The notes beneath the pieces were generated by a model. That model was not told the origin of the DNA and did no database searches. It saw only the letters and a program-made list of their open reading frames with translations. A DNA stretch of 32,000 nucleotides from Pseudomonas aeruginosa (GTDB taxonomy: Bacteria > Pseudomonadota > Gammaproteobacteria > Pseudomonadales > Pseudomonadaceae), in assembly GCF_001457615.1 (NCBI RefSeq), contig NZ_LN831024.1:330001-362000 (forward strand), given 5' to 3'. Shown here piece after piece: positions 18,579 to 27,820 of this stretch. The translations under genes and the position numbers were made by a program. Each line of letters opens with the position of its first letter. Within the stretch, counting starts at the first letter, position 1.

Positions 18579-19244
18579 ATGAGTTACCAGCATCAATATA
18601 TCGACGGCACCCCGATCCACTTCCCCCTGGGCAAGCTGGTCTGCGTCGGGCGCAACTACGCCGAACACGCCAAGGAACTGAACAACCCGGTTCCCACCGA
18701 GCCGCTGCTGTTCATCAAGCCCGGCTCCTGCGTGGTGCCGGTGAGCGGCGGGCTGAGCCTGCCGCAGGAGCGCGGCTCGGTACACTACGAGGCGGAAATC
18801 GCCGTGCTGATCGGCAAGCCGCTGTCGCGCAAGCCGAACCGCGAGGAGGTCCTCGACGCGATCTCCGGCTATGCGCCGGCGCTGGACCTGACCTTGCGCG
18901 AGGTCCAGGCGAAACTGAAGGAAAAGGGCCTGCCCTGGGAGCTGGCAAAGAGCTTCGATGGCGCCGGCGTGCTGTCGCCGTTCGTGAACGCCGACCAGTT
19001 TCCCGACCCGACCGACATCGGCATCCGCCTGACCATCAACGGCGAGGTGCGCCAGGACGGCAACAGCCGCGACATGCTCAATCCGATCGTGCCGCTGATC
19101 CAGCACATCGCCGGGCATTTCTCGCTACAGGCCGGCGATGTGGTGCTGACCGGCACGCCGTCCGGGGTCGGGCCGCTGAACAGCGGCGACGAGTTGCTGC
19201 TCGAATTGCCGGGCGCCAGCCGTTTCGAGACCCGCGTGCTCTGA
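18579..19244 (+). CDS. Fumarylacetoacetate hydrolase (FAH) family protein
   Basis: VCVGRNYAEHAKELNNPVPTEPLLFIKPGS...VHYEAEIAVLIGKPL; GDVVLTGTPSGVGPLNSGDEL. Confidence 0.93.
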   Translation: MSYQHQYIDGTPIHFPLGKLVCVGRNYAEHAKELNNPVPTEPLLFIKPGSCVVPVSGGLSLPQERGSVHYEAEIAVLIGKPLSRKPNREEVLDAISGYAPALDLTLREVQAKLKEKGLPWELAKSFDGAGVLSPFVNADQFPDPTDIGIRLTINGEVRQDGNSRDMLNPIVPLIQHIAGHFSLQAGDVVLTGTPSGVGPLNSGDELLLELPGASRFETRVL

Positions 19245-19399
19245 ACCGCTGCGGCCGCCGGGTGCGGCCGGCCTCCCTAGCGCCGGCAGCGGAAACGACT
19301 GTCGGTCGGCTGGCCGACGCTTCGATTGACAGGCCGGGGGCAATGCCCTTTCATGGCGACGCCCAAGAAAACACCTGGCCAAACAGTCGAGCCTCGCCC

Positions 19400-20332
19400 A
19401 TGTCCCTTGCCTCCAAGCTTCCCCGTTTCCGCTGGCTGCTGCCGGCGTTCGTCGTGCTCGTCGGCGTGGTGCTGACCATCGTCATGCATTGGGACGATCG
19501 CGCCGGCCTTTGGTGGAAGGAAAGCCAGGCCAGCCAGCAGCAGCGCGACGAAAGCATCTGGCTGCCGGGCTATCGGGTGGTGATCGACGCCAAGCCGTTG
19601 CAGGGCCTGGAGGAGGAAGAAACCTCGGACCTGGCCTACAACCCGGCAACCAGGACCCTGTTCACCGTTACCGGCAAGCGGCCGCTGCTGGTGGAGCTGT
19701 CGCTCACCGGCGACGTGCTGCGCACCATCCCGCTGCTCGGCCTGAGCAATCCCGAAGGCGTGGCGGTGCTGGAGAACGGCAACGTCGCGGTGACCGACGA
19801 GCGCCGCAATACCCTGACCATCTTCCATGTCGACCCGCAGACCGCCGAGCTGAGCACCAAGAGCCTGGCCGAATTCCCGCTGGGCAATATCGGCAAGAAG
19901 AACAAGGGCTTCGAGGGCATCGCCTGGGATCCGCGCCAGCAGCGTCTGTTGCTGAGCAAGGAGCGCGATCCGATGACCCTGTTCAGCTGGAAGAGCGACG
20001 GCGGGCCGAGCCTGAGCGGGGCGATGACCGCGCTACCGAGCGACGACCTGTACATGCGCAACGTCTCGGCCCTCAGCGTCGACCCGCGTACCGGCCATAC
20101 CCTGGTGCTGTCGGCCGAATCGCATCTGCTGCTGGAGCTGGACGAGAAGGGCGAGCCGGTCAGCTTCATCAGCCTGCTCGGCGGCTTCAACGGCCTGGAC
20201 AGCAAGATCCCGCGCGCCGAAGGGGTGGCCATCGACGACGAGGGCACCATCTACATGGTCAGCGAGCCGAACCTGTTCTACGTGTTCCGCAAGAAGAGCG
20301 GCGAGCGCCTGGCCACCAGCGACGCCGATTAA
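19400..20332 (+). CDS. SdiA-regulated domain / YjiK-like beta-propeller protein, paralog of carP
   Basis: 310 aa; N-terminal TM then SIWLPGYRVVIDAKPLQGLEEEETSDLAYNPATRTLFTVTGKRPLLVELSLTGDVLRTIPL...EGVAIDDEGTIYMVSEPNLFYVF. The ORF-track start at 18491 runs through the FAH gene in another frame and is unlikely. Confidence 0.9.
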   Translation: MSLASKLPRFRWLLPAFVVLVGVVLTIVMHWDDRAGLWWKESQASQQQRDESIWLPGYRVVIDAKPLQGLEEEETSDLAYNPATRTLFTVTGKRPLLVELSLTGDVLRTIPLLGLSNPEGVAVLENGNVAVTDERRNTLTIFHVDPQTAELSTKSLAEFPLGNIGKKNKGFEGIAWDPRQQRLLLSKERDPMTLFSWKSDGGPSLSGAMTALPSDDLYMRNVSALSVDPRTGHTLVLSAESHLLLELDEKGEPVSFISLLGGFNGLDSKIPRAEGVAIDDEGTIYMVSEPNLFYVFRKKSGERLATSDAD

Positions 20333-20366
20333 GCTTCGCTTAAGCGCCGATTAAGCCTGGTTTCAG
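20329..20366 (+). promoter_or_regulatory. Array of TTAAG/TTAAG/TTAAG/TTCAG half-sites at 11-bp period; matches the BqsR(CarR) TTAAG-N6-TTAAG motif
   Basis: TTAAG at 20329-20333, 20340-20344, 20351-20355 and TTCAG at 20362-20366, 50 bp upstream of carO. Confidence 0.85.
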
Positions 20367-20376
20367 CAAGGCTTCG

Positions 20377-20382
20377 TAGCCT
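20377..20382 (+). promoter_or_regulatory. Candidate -10 element of carO (TAGCCT)
   Basis: 10 nt downstream of the last half-site; the same element type occurs at the same spacing upstream of carP. Confidence 0.4.
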
Positions 20383-20415
20383 GGACCCATCGAAACCAAC
20401 TACGAGGCGTTACCC

Positions 20416-20766
20416 ATGAAACTTCGTCACCTGCCCCTCATCGCTGCCATCGGCCTGTTCTCCACCGTCACCCTGGCCGCCGGCTATACCGGCCCGGGCG
20501 CTACCCCGACCACCACCACGGTGAAGGCCGCGCTGGAAGCCGCCGACGACACCCCGGTGGTCCTCCAGGGCACCATCGTCAAGCGCATCAAGGGCGACAT
20601 CTACGAGTTCCGCGATGCCACCGGCAGCATGAAGGTCGAGATCGACGACGAAGACTTCCCGCCGATGGAAATCAACGACAAGACCCGGGTCAAGCTGACC
20701 GGCGAAGTCGACCGCGACCTGGTCGGCCGCGAGATCGACGTCGAGTTCGTCGAAGTGATCAAGTAA
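20416..20766 (+). CDS. carO: YgiW/OB-fold (BOF) periplasmic protein, CarO
   Basis: 116 aa; signal peptide, ...VVLQGTIVKRIKGDIYEFRDATGSMKVEIDDEDFPPMEINDKTRVKLTGEVDRDLVGREIDVEFVEVIK. Confidence 0.93.
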   Translation: MKLRHLPLIAAIGLFSTVTLAAGYTGPGATPTTTTVKAALEAADDTPVVLQGTIVKRIKGDIYEFRDATGSMKVEIDDEDFPPMEINDKTRVKLTGEVDRDLVGREIDVEFVEVIK

Positions 20767-20776
20767 GGCCCTGAAT

Positions 20777-20816
20777 CGAAACGGCCCGCCTCCCGGAAGA
20801 GAGGCGGGCCGTTTCG
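20777..20816 (+). terminator. Strong hairpin terminator of carO
   Basis: cgaaacggcccgcctc-ccggaaga-gaggcgggccgtttcg: 16-bp perfect stem. Confidence 0.85.
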
Positions 20817-20846
20817 CGTTCCGACCGGGCGAAGTTGCGGGCGGGC

Positions 20847-21881
20847 TTACCGGTGAACCCCTTCGAAACCCTGTAGCACGTTCACCGCGTTGATCCCGAT
20901 TTCCTCCACCGCGTAGCCTCCCTCCATCACGAACAGCGTGGCCAGGCCGAGCTTGCCGATGGCTTCGCCCATGCGCAGGTAGTCGGGGCTGTCCAGGCGG
21001 AACTGGGAAATCGGGTCCTCCTTGAAGGTATCCACCCCCAGGGAAACGATCAGGACGTCCGCCGCATAGGCCTGGATCTGCCGGATCGCCGCCTGCAGCG
21101 CCTGGCTCCAGGTCGCCCAGTCGCTGCCGGCCGCCAGTGGGTAGTTGAAGTTGTAGCCGGTGCCGACGCCGTTGCCCTTCTCGTCGGCGTAGCCGAGGAA
21201 ATAGGGGTATTCGAAGCGCGGATCGCCGTGGATCGAGGTGAACAGCACATCGGCGCGGTCGTAGAAGATGTCCTGGGTGCCGTTGCCATGGTGGTAGTCG
21301 ACGTCGAGGATCGCCACCCGCCCGGCGCCCCGGTCGAGGAAGGCCTGGGCGGCGATGGCGGCATTGTTGAAGAAGCAATAGCCGCCCATGTAGTCGGCCG
21401 CGGCGTGGTGGCCCGGCGGGCGACAGAGCGAAAATACCGAGCGCGCGCCGTTGGCGAGTTCGGACTGGCCGCTGAGGGCGACGTTGGCCGAACTGGTGAT
21501 CGCCTGCCAGGTCCCGGCGGTGATCGGCGCGCCGGCGTCGAAGGAGTAGTAGCCGAGGCGACCGTCGATGTTGTCCGGCTCCGTCTGCCGCAGGCGCCGG
21601 GTCGGCCAGGCGATCGGCAGCATGTCGTGGCTGCGGCCGGTGGCCAGCCAGTCCTGCCAGGCGTTCTGCAGGAAACGCACGAAACCCTCGCTGTGCACCC
21701 GGCGGATCGGTTCCAGGCCGAAGTCGCGCGGTGCGCGGACTTCGCCGAGGCCGACGGCCTTCACGCGGTCGAGGACCATATCGGCGCGGCTGGGTTTTTC
21801 GAAGCAGGGGGTGAACTGGCCGCCGATCAGTTCGTGCCGGCCGTGGTGCAGGCGATGGTCGTCGCTGTAGATGGTCAGCAT
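20847..21881 (-). CDS. aphB: Acetylpolyamine amidohydrolase (HDAC superfamily), PA0321/AphB-like
   Basis: 344 aa; CRPPGHHAAADYMGGYCFFNNAAIAAQAFLDRGAGRVAILDVDYHHGNGTQDIFYDRADVLFTSIHGDPRFEYPYFLGYADEKG; zinc-binding DVDYHHGNG. Confidence 0.92.
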   Translation of the reverse strand: MLTIYSDDHRLHHGRHELIGGQFTPCFEKPSRADMVLDRVKAVGLGEVRAPRDFGLEPIRRVHSEGFVRFLQNAWQDWLATGRSHDMLPIAWPTRRLRQTEPDNIDGRLGYYSFDAGAPITAGTWQAITSSANVALSGQSELANGARSVFSLCRPPGHHAAADYMGGYCFFNNAAIAAQAFLDRGAGRVAILDVDYHHGNGTQDIFYDRADVLFTSIHGDPRFEYPYFLGYADEKGNGVGTGYNFNYPLAAGSDWATWSQALQAAIRQIQAYAADVLIVSLGVDTFKEDPISQFRLDSPDYLRMGEAIGKLGLATLFVMEGGYAVEEIGINAVNVLQGFEGVHR

Positions 21882-21896
21882 GTCGGGCTCCCGGGC

Positions 21897-23291
21897 TCAG
21901 TTCTGTTCGGAGAAGGTCACGGTCGGCGCCTTGCGGCGGAAACCGCCGGTATGCAACGCCAGGTAGGCGAGGCCGGCGGCGAACCAGGTCAGGCCGATCA
22001 CCAGGGTCAGCGCCGAGAGGCTGGTCCACAGCCACAGGGTCAGGCCCAGGCCGATGGCCGGCACCAGCCCGTAGCGCAGCAGGTCGCGCGGGGCGCGGCG
22101 GCCGTCGAGCAGCAGGTAGCTGCGGATCACCGCCAGGTTCACCGCGGAGAACGCCACCAGCGCGCCGAAGCTGATCATCGAGGCCAGGGTGGTGAGGTCG
22201 ATGACCACCGCCAGCAGGGAAATCACCGAGACCACCAGGATCGCGATCACTGGCGTCTTGAAGCGCTCCGAGAGGCTGCCGAACACGCGCCGCGGCAGGA
22301 TGCCGTCGCGGCCCATGCTGTAGAGGATGCGCGACACCGAGGCCTGCGAGGCCAGCGCCGAGCCGGCGGCGCCGGCGACGTAGGCGGCGGTGAAGAAGCT
22401 GGCGAGGAACTTGCCGCCGGCCGCCAGCATCACTTCGTTGGCCGCCGACTCGGCGTCCTGGAATACGCTGCCGGGGAACACCAGTTGGCTGAAGACCGCC
22501 AGCACGGTGAACAGCAGGCCGGCGCCGACCGTGGTGATGACGATGGCGCGCGGGATGTCGCGTTGCGGGTCGCGGGTTTCCTCGGCCAGGGTCGAGACCG
22601 CGTCGAAGCCGAGGAACGACAGGCACAGCACCGCCGCGCCGGCCATCAACGGGGCGAAGCCCGGCTGGCTGCCGTCGCCGACGAAGGGCAGGCTCAGGTC
22701 CAGCGAGGGGATGCCGGCCAGGTGCTTGACCGCCATGGCGACGAACACCACGGCGAAGACGAACTGGGCGCCGACGATCACGTTGCTCATGCCGGCCACC
22801 GAGCTGATGCCGATCGCGTTGAGCACGGTGACCAGGCAGATCGCCGCGAGCACGAAGACCCAGGCCGGCACCATCGGGAAGGCGATGTTGAGGAACAGGC
22901 CGATGAGCAGGTAGTTGATCATCGGCAGGAACAGGTAGTCGAGCAGCAGCGACCAGCCGGCGAGGAAGCCGACGCAGGGGCCGAAGCTGAGGCTGGTATA
23001 GGAATAGGCCGAGCCGGCGATGGGATATTTCTTCACCATGAAGCTGTAGGAAAAGGCGGTGAAGAGCATCGCCGCCAGGGTGATCAGGTAGGCGCTGGCG
23101 GTACGACCGCCGGTGATCTCGGTGACTACCCCGTAGGTGGTGAACATGGTCAGCGGAACCATGTAGACCAGCCCGAAGAAGACCAGGGCGGGAAGCCCGA
23201 GGATGCGCCGCAGGCCGGTGCCCTGGGCGCTGTGGACGTACTCGGGGCGCTTGCCGCCGATGAGGATGCCGTTGTTGCGTTCGCTGGCCAT
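21897..23291 (-). CDS. APC-superfamily amino acid/polyamine permease
   Basis: 464 aa, multiple TM segments; LPALVFFGLVYMVPLTMFTTYGVV...GSAYSYTSLSFGPCVGFLAGW; DAVSTLAEETRDPQRDIPRAI. Confidence 0.93.
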   Translation of the reverse strand: MASERNNGILIGGKRPEYVHSAQGTGLRRILGLPALVFFGLVYMVPLTMFTTYGVVTEITGGRTASAYLITLAAMLFTAFSYSFMVKKYPIAGSAYSYTSLSFGPCVGFLAGWSLLLDYLFLPMINYLLIGLFLNIAFPMVPAWVFVLAAICLVTVLNAIGISSVAGMSNVIVGAQFVFAVVFVAMAVKHLAGIPSLDLSLPFVGDGSQPGFAPLMAGAAVLCLSFLGFDAVSTLAEETRDPQRDIPRAIVITTVGAGLLFTVLAVFSQLVFPGSVFQDAESAANEVMLAAGGKFLASFFTAAYVAGAAGSALASQASVSRILYSMGRDGILPRRVFGSLSERFKTPVIAILVVSVISLLAVVIDLTTLASMISFGALVAFSAVNLAVIRSYLLLDGRRAPRDLLRYGLVPAIGLGLTLWLWTSLSALTLVIGLTWFAAGLAYLALHTGGFRRKAPTVTFSEQN

Positions 23292-23373
23292 GTTCCGCTC
23301 CTCGCGAAATGCCGTATCGATCCCGCAGGCGGCCGCTTGGGCGGACCTTTCCTGCGCCGGGTGAATGGACGGG

Positions 23374-23478
23374 CTAGTGGAAAACCGCTGGGGTTTCCGC
23401 CGGGTCGGTGGAAATGGCAGTGACGAGAGGGCGCGCGGCGTGTGCGGGCACGGGCGTTGGGGCGTCGATAGTGTTCAT
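23374..23478 (-). other. Doubtful 34-codon ORF in the gap upstream of the APC permease
   Basis: MNTIDAPTPVPAHAARPLVTAISTDPAETPAVFH*; no clear SD. Confidence 0.12.
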
Positions 23479-23711
23479 GGCGTTCTCAGGAAGCGTTCTT
23501 GTTGGATTTCTAGCTCGCGGTCGCGAGGTTCCCTTGGGCTCTGCCGGCGCCGTTTCCGCGGCTCCGGGCGACCCCTCGAGGAGGGCGCGGTTCGACTCTA
23601 GCAATCCGGTTTCGCCGGGGAGAACCCTGTAGACGGTCAAAAAGGGATCGAAATGGCCAAGCTGGCTGGCCGGCCAGCGCTGGCGCGAGCTGGCCGCCAG
23701 CGCCGCGTCGA

Positions 23712-24755
23712 TCATTTCTTAAGCTTGGTCCAGACCTTGCTGCGCAACGCCAGGGCTTTCGGCGAGCAGAGCTTGAACGGCTTCAGGCGGTCGAGCTTGT
23801 CCTGCGGGGTGTTGATCGCCGGGTCGTCGAACAGTGCTTTCTCCATGAATTTCTCCGAGCCGACGATGGCGTTGTTGTACTTGGCGAAGTTGGAGGCGGC
23901 GGCGATGTTCTCCGGGCGCATCATCCAGTCGATGAAGACGTGGGCTTCCTTGACGTTGCTGGCGTCGCGCGGAATCGCGAAGTTGTCGATGAACAGCCGG
24001 ATGCCTTCCTTCGGATAGACGTATTCGAGGCTGGCGCGTTGGGCGTGGGCGCGGTGGAAGGCGCCGTTCCACTGCTGGTGCATGGCGACCTCGCCGGCGG
24101 CCATGCGCTCGATGGTGCCGTCGCTGTTGTACATGGCCAGCGCCGGCTTTTGCCTGAGCAGCAGGTCGAGGACCTTCTGCGCTTCCCTGGCGTCCTCGGT
24201 GCATTCGTCGATGCCGAGGTAGTAGGTGGCGGGAATGAACAGTTCCTCGATGGAGTTCAGAGCCACCACCTTGCCTTTCAGCTCGGCTGGTGGTTCGAAG
24301 AACGGCTTCCAGCTTTCTTCCAGCCTGCCGCCCGGCACCTTCGCCGTATCGTAGCTGTAGCCGGTGGTGCCCCAGAGATAGGGAATGCTGTAGTCGTGGC
24401 CGGGATCGAAGCCAAGGGTCCGGAAGTTTTCCTTCAGATTGCCCAGGCTCGGCAACTGGCTCTTGTCGAGCTTTTGCAGCAGCCCCTCCTTGACGAATAT
24501 TTCTATGAAACTGTCCGACGGCACCACCACGTCGTAGGCGCCGCCACCGGCCTTGAGCTTGGCCAGCAGCGTCTCGTTGCTGTCGTAGGCGTCGAGGGTG
24601 GCCTTGATCCCGGTGTCCTTCTCGAACTTCTTCAGCAACTCCGGCGGGTAGTAGTCCGACCAGTTGGCGAAGTGCAGGGTGCCTTCGGCGCGAGCCTGGC
24701 CGCCCAGGGCTAGACCGGCGGCGAAGAGCAGGGTGAGCGGTGTGCGGTAGGTCAT
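23712..24755 (-). CDS. Putrescine/spermidine-type ABC transporter substrate-binding protein (PotF/SpuD-like)
   Basis: MTYRTPLTLLFAAGLALGGQARAEGTLHFANWSDYYPPELLKKFEKDTGIKATLDAYDSNETLLAKLKAGGGAYDVVVPSD. The ORF track starts at 25439, inside the permease gene in another frame; true ATG at 24755. Confidence 0.94.
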   Translation of the reverse strand: MTYRTPLTLLFAAGLALGGQARAEGTLHFANWSDYYPPELLKKFEKDTGIKATLDAYDSNETLLAKLKAGGGAYDVVVPSDSFIEIFVKEGLLQKLDKSQLPSLGNLKENFRTLGFDPGHDYSIPYLWGTTGYSYDTAKVPGGRLEESWKPFFEPPAELKGKVVALNSIEELFIPATYYLGIDECTEDAREAQKVLDLLLRQKPALAMYNSDGTIERMAAGEVAMHQQWNGAFHRAHAQRASLEYVYPKEGIRLFIDNFAIPRDASNVKEAHVFIDWMMRPENIAAASNFAKYNNAIVGSEKFMEKALFDDPAINTPQDKLDRLKPFKLCSPKALALRSKVWTKLKK

Positions 24756-24802
24756 GATGGACTCCTGGCGATCTTCTGTTTTTTCTTCGTGGAGGCAGGT
24801 TC

Positions 24803-25591
24803 TCAGCGGCGGCGTTGGCCGAGGTAGTACGACAGGGCGACGAAGGCGATGGAAATCATGAGGATGATCGAGGAAATCGCATTGATCTTCGGGGATATGC
24901 CCATGCGAATGGAACTGAAGATGTACACCGGCAGGGTGGTTGCGCCGGCGCCGGCGACGAAATAGGTGATGACGAAATCGTCCATCGAGATGATGAACGC
25001 GAGCATCGCCCCGGACAGCACGCCGGGCATCAGCAGCGGCAGGGTGATTTTCCAGAAGGCCTTCCACGGCGAGGCGTAGAGGTCGGCGGCGGCCTCCGCC
25101 AGGCGCGGGTCCAGGCCCTCCAGGCGGGCGCGGATCGGCAGGTAGGCGAAGGGGATGCAGAACACGATGTGGGCGATGAGGATGGTGAACAACGACAGCT
25201 TCAGGCCGATGAAGGAGAAGAACATCAGGGTCGCCACCGCAGTGACGATCTCCGGCACCAGCAGCGGCAGGCCGAGAACGCCGTTCATCAGGGTCTGCCC
25301 GCGGAAGGCGCGACCGCGCATGCCCAGCGCGGCGAGGGTGGCCAGGACGGTCGAGGCCAGGGTGGCGAGGGTGGCGACGAGCAGCGAGTTCTTCGCCGCG
25401 CGGAGGATTTCCGGATCGTTGGCCACCACCGCATACCATTTCAGGCTGAAGCTCTCCCAGAGCGTCGCCGACTGGCCGCTGTTGAAGCTGAGCACTACCA
25501 GCACCAGGATCGGGATGTAGAGGAAGGCGAAGAACAGCCAGGCGGCCTGGCGCACGCCGCTGAAGGTCCAGAGTGGATTGCGGCCGTTCAT
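24803..25591 (-). CDS. Polyamine ABC transporter permease (PotC/PotI-like)
   Basis: 262 aa; LDPRLAEAAADLYASPWKAFWKITLPLLMPGVLSGAMLAFIISMDDFVITYF. Confidence 0.94.
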   Translation of the reverse strand: MNGRNPLWTFSGVRQAAWLFFAFLYIPILVLVVLSFNSGQSATLWESFSLKWYAVVANDPEILRAAKNSLLVATLATLASTVLATLAALGMRGRAFRGQTLMNGVLGLPLLVPEIVTAVATLMFFSFIGLKLSLFTILIAHIVFCIPFAYLPIRARLEGLDPRLAEAAADLYASPWKAFWKITLPLLMPGVLSGAMLAFIISMDDFVITYFVAGAGATTLPVYIFSSIRMGISPKINAISSIILMISIAFVALSYYLGQRRR

Positions 25592-26517
25592 GGCTGGCCT
25601 CCGCCGGCGTTGGCCCGGAAGCGCAGGTTGTAGATCAGCATCGCCAGCAGGACGAAGGCCAGCAGGGCGAACGAAAGGGCGGCGCCGAACGGCCAGTTGT
25701 GCGCGGTACCGAATTGCAGCTGGATCAGGTTGCCGATCATCAGCGCCTTACCGCCGCCGAGCAATTCCGGAATGATGTAGCTGCCCAGGGCCGGGATGAA
25801 TACCAGGATGCAGCCGGCGACTATCCCCGGCATCGCCAGCGGCACGATCACCCGGCGCAGCGCTTTCCAGCGGTTGGCGCCGAGGTCGAATGCCGCCTCC
25901 ACCAGGCGCCAGTCCATCTTTTCCAGGCTGCTGTAGATCGGCAGCACCATGAACGGCAGGTAGGTATAAAGGAGGCCGATGATCACCGCGTTGTCGGTAT
26001 AGAGCAGCCCCATCCCGGTGTCGGTCAGGCCGATGCCTTGCAGGCCGGCGTCCACCAGCCCGCCGTTGCGCAGCAGCAGGATCCAGGCGTAGACCCGCAC
26101 CAGCAGGTTGGTCCAGAACGGCACGGTGACCAGGAACAGCAGCAGGTTGCGCCGGCGTTCCGGCTGCAACGCCAGGTACAGCGCGGTGGGGAAGCCGAGC
26201 GCCAGGCAGCCGAGGGTGGTCAGCAGCGACAGCCAGAACGAGCGCTGGAAGATGCCCAGGTAGTCGGCGTTGAACACCAGGCTGTCGTCCAGGTCGCGTT
26301 CCCAGAGGAAATTGAGGTAGGCCTCCAGGCTGTGCTGGCCCCATTTCACTCCGCCGTAGTCGCCGGATTGCTGGATCGACACGGCGAACATGATGCCCAG
26401 CGGGATCACCAGGAACAGCACCAGCATCAGCATCGCCGGGCTGCTCAGCAGCAGGCGCCGACGCAGCTGCCGGCGTTCGGCCGACTGTTGCGCGGTAGGT
26501 CGGCCGGCGGTGCTCAT
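25588..26517 (-). CDS. Polyamine ABC transporter permease (PotB/PotH-like)
   Basis: 309 aa; [50 protein letters not shown]; 4-nt ATGA overlaps with both neighbours. Confidence 0.94.
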   Translation of the reverse strand: MSTAGRPTAQQSAERRQLRRRLLLSSPAMLMLVLFLVIPLGIMFAVSIQQSGDYGGVKWGQHSLEAYLNFLWERDLDDSLVFNADYLGIFQRSFWLSLLTTLGCLALGFPTALYLALQPERRRNLLLFLVTVPFWTNLLVRVYAWILLLRNGGLVDAGLQGIGLTDTGMGLLYTDNAVIIGLLYTYLPFMVLPIYSSLEKMDWRLVEAAFDLGANRWKALRRVIVPLAMPGIVAGCILVFIPALGSYIIPELLGGGKALMIGNLIQLQFGTAHNWPFGAALSFALLAFVLLAMLIYNLRFRANAGGGQP

Positions 26518-27575
26518 TCGGCGAGCACCCGGATGGCGGCGGCGGGAATCCGCACCCGCACCTTCGCCCCCGGACTGTGCGGGCAGCGTGCGCCGTCGCG
26601 GTTCTGCTGGCGCACGCGGAAGCCCGGCTGTCCGGCCACGTTCAGGTGGTAGACGGTATCGGTGCCGACATAGACGATGTTTTCCAGCACGCCTTCCAAC
26701 TGGCCGTCGGCGGCCAGTTCGGTGCGCTCCGGGCGGATCGCCAGGGTCACAGCGCCGCTGCCCGGGGTCGTCGCGGCCAGCCGCTGGCCGTCCGCCAGGC
26801 GCACGCCGTCGGCGTCGGCCTGGCCCTCGAGGAAGTTGGTTTCGCCGATGAAGTCGGCGACCGCCCGGTTCAGCGGCGCCTCGTAGATGTCGCTGGGCGT
26901 GCCGACCTGCAACACCTTGCCCTTGCTCATCACCGCGATGCGGTCGGACATGGTCAGCGCTTCCTCCTGGTCGTGGGTGACGAAGATGAAGGTGATCCCG
27001 GTCTCGTGCTGCAGGCGCTTCAGCTCGATCTGCATTTCCTTGCGCAGCTTCAGGTCCAGCGCCGACAGCGACTCGTCGAGCAGCAGCACCTTGGGCCGGC
27101 TGGCCAGCGCGCGGGCCAGGGCGATGCGTTGCTGCTGGCCACCGGACAACTGGTCGGCGCGGCGCTTGCCGACCTCCGGCAGCTTCACCAGGTCGAGCAT
27201 GCGGCTCACGGTGGCGTCGATCTCGCTGCGCGGGCGGCCCTGCATCTCCAGGCCGAAGCCGATGTTGTCGGCGACGCTCATGTGCGGGAACAGCGCATAA
27301 CTCTGGAACACCGTGTTGACCGGGCGGCGGAACGGCGGCAGGCCTTCCATGTGTTCGCCATAGAGGCGGATGCTGCCGGAACTGGGCTGTTCGAAGCCGG
27401 CGATGAGGCGGAGGAGGGTGGTCTTGCCGCAGCCGGAAGGGCCGAGGAGGGTGAAGAATTCGTTGGCGTGGATATCCAGGGACACATCGTCAAGGGCCTT
27501 CAGGCCTTGGCCGGGGGTACCGAATTCCATGCAGATCCGCTCGATGGCTATCGCGCTGGTCATGCTGAATTCCAT
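26514..27575 (-). CDS. Polyamine ABC transporter ATP-binding protein (PotA/PotG-like)
   Basis: 353 aa; [56 protein letters not shown]. An alternative start is the ATG at 27563 ([15 protein letters not shown]). Confidence 0.94.
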   Translation of the reverse strand: MEFSMTSAIAIERICMEFGTPGQGLKALDDVSLDIHANEFFTLLGPSGCGKTTLLRLIAGFEQPSSGSIRLYGEHMEGLPPFRRPVNTVFQSYALFPHMSVADNIGFGLEMQGRPRSEIDATVSRMLDLVKLPEVGKRRADQLSGGQQQRIALARALASRPKVLLLDESLSALDLKLRKEMQIELKRLQHETGITFIFVTHDQEEALTMSDRIAVMSKGKVLQVGTPSDIYEAPLNRAVADFIGETNFLEGQADADGVRLADGQRLAATTPGSGAVTLAIRPERTELAADGQLEGVLENIVYVGTDTVYHLNVAGQPGFRVRQQNRDGARCPHSPGAKVRVRIPAAAIRVLAE

Positions 27576-27804
27576 GCAGTCAAGCAGTTGTTATTGTTGA
27601 GGTTTTGCGGTTTCTGGGGCCCGCTTCACCTGCTGCGGTTCGATAATGACCGGGGCGCCGCGGGCGCAGAACGATAGATGCGGCCAATAAGGGATCGAAC
27701 AGGCCAATCTGGTGGCGCTGGAAGAAGACTGCGGATGCTCTCTTGTCGTCTCTTTCGGACAGGAAACTCGGACCTGTCTGAGTCGCCCGGGCGGCTGGCT
27801 GACT

Positions 27805-27820
27805 TTAAGCTTGGCTTCAG
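27805..27820 (+). promoter_or_regulatory. TTAAG-N6-TTCAG pair upstream of carP, BqsR(CarR)-like site
   Basis: ttaag at 27805-27809, ttcag at 27816-27820, 11-bp spacing; followed by a TAGCTT element at 27831-27836 at the same spacing as in carO. Confidence 0.6.

Noticed and set aside
18491-19399. 303-residue N-terminal extension of the 613-aa ORF
   Set aside because: Overlaps the FAH-family gene out of frame; the true protein starts at 19400 with a TM helix like its paralog carP.
20410-22626. 738-aa ORF listed across carO and the antisense of the amidohydrolase/APC genes
   Set aside because: Frame-shadow ORF; overlaps carO in another frame and runs antisense to two well-supported genes.
21228-23423. 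731-aa plus-strand ORF
   Set aside because: Antisense shadow of the amidohydrolase and APC permease; low-complexity H/Q/A/E-rich translation without recognisable domains.
23719-23723. TTAAG at the 3' end of the second polyamine binding-protein gene
   Set aside because: Followed by cttggt-ccaga, so no second half-site at 11 bp, and it lies inside coding sequence (codons for Leu-Lys-Lys on the reverse strand).
24756-25439. 228-residue extension of the 575-aa binding-protein ORF
   Set aside because: Out-of-frame reading through the permease gene; signal peptide begins at 24755.
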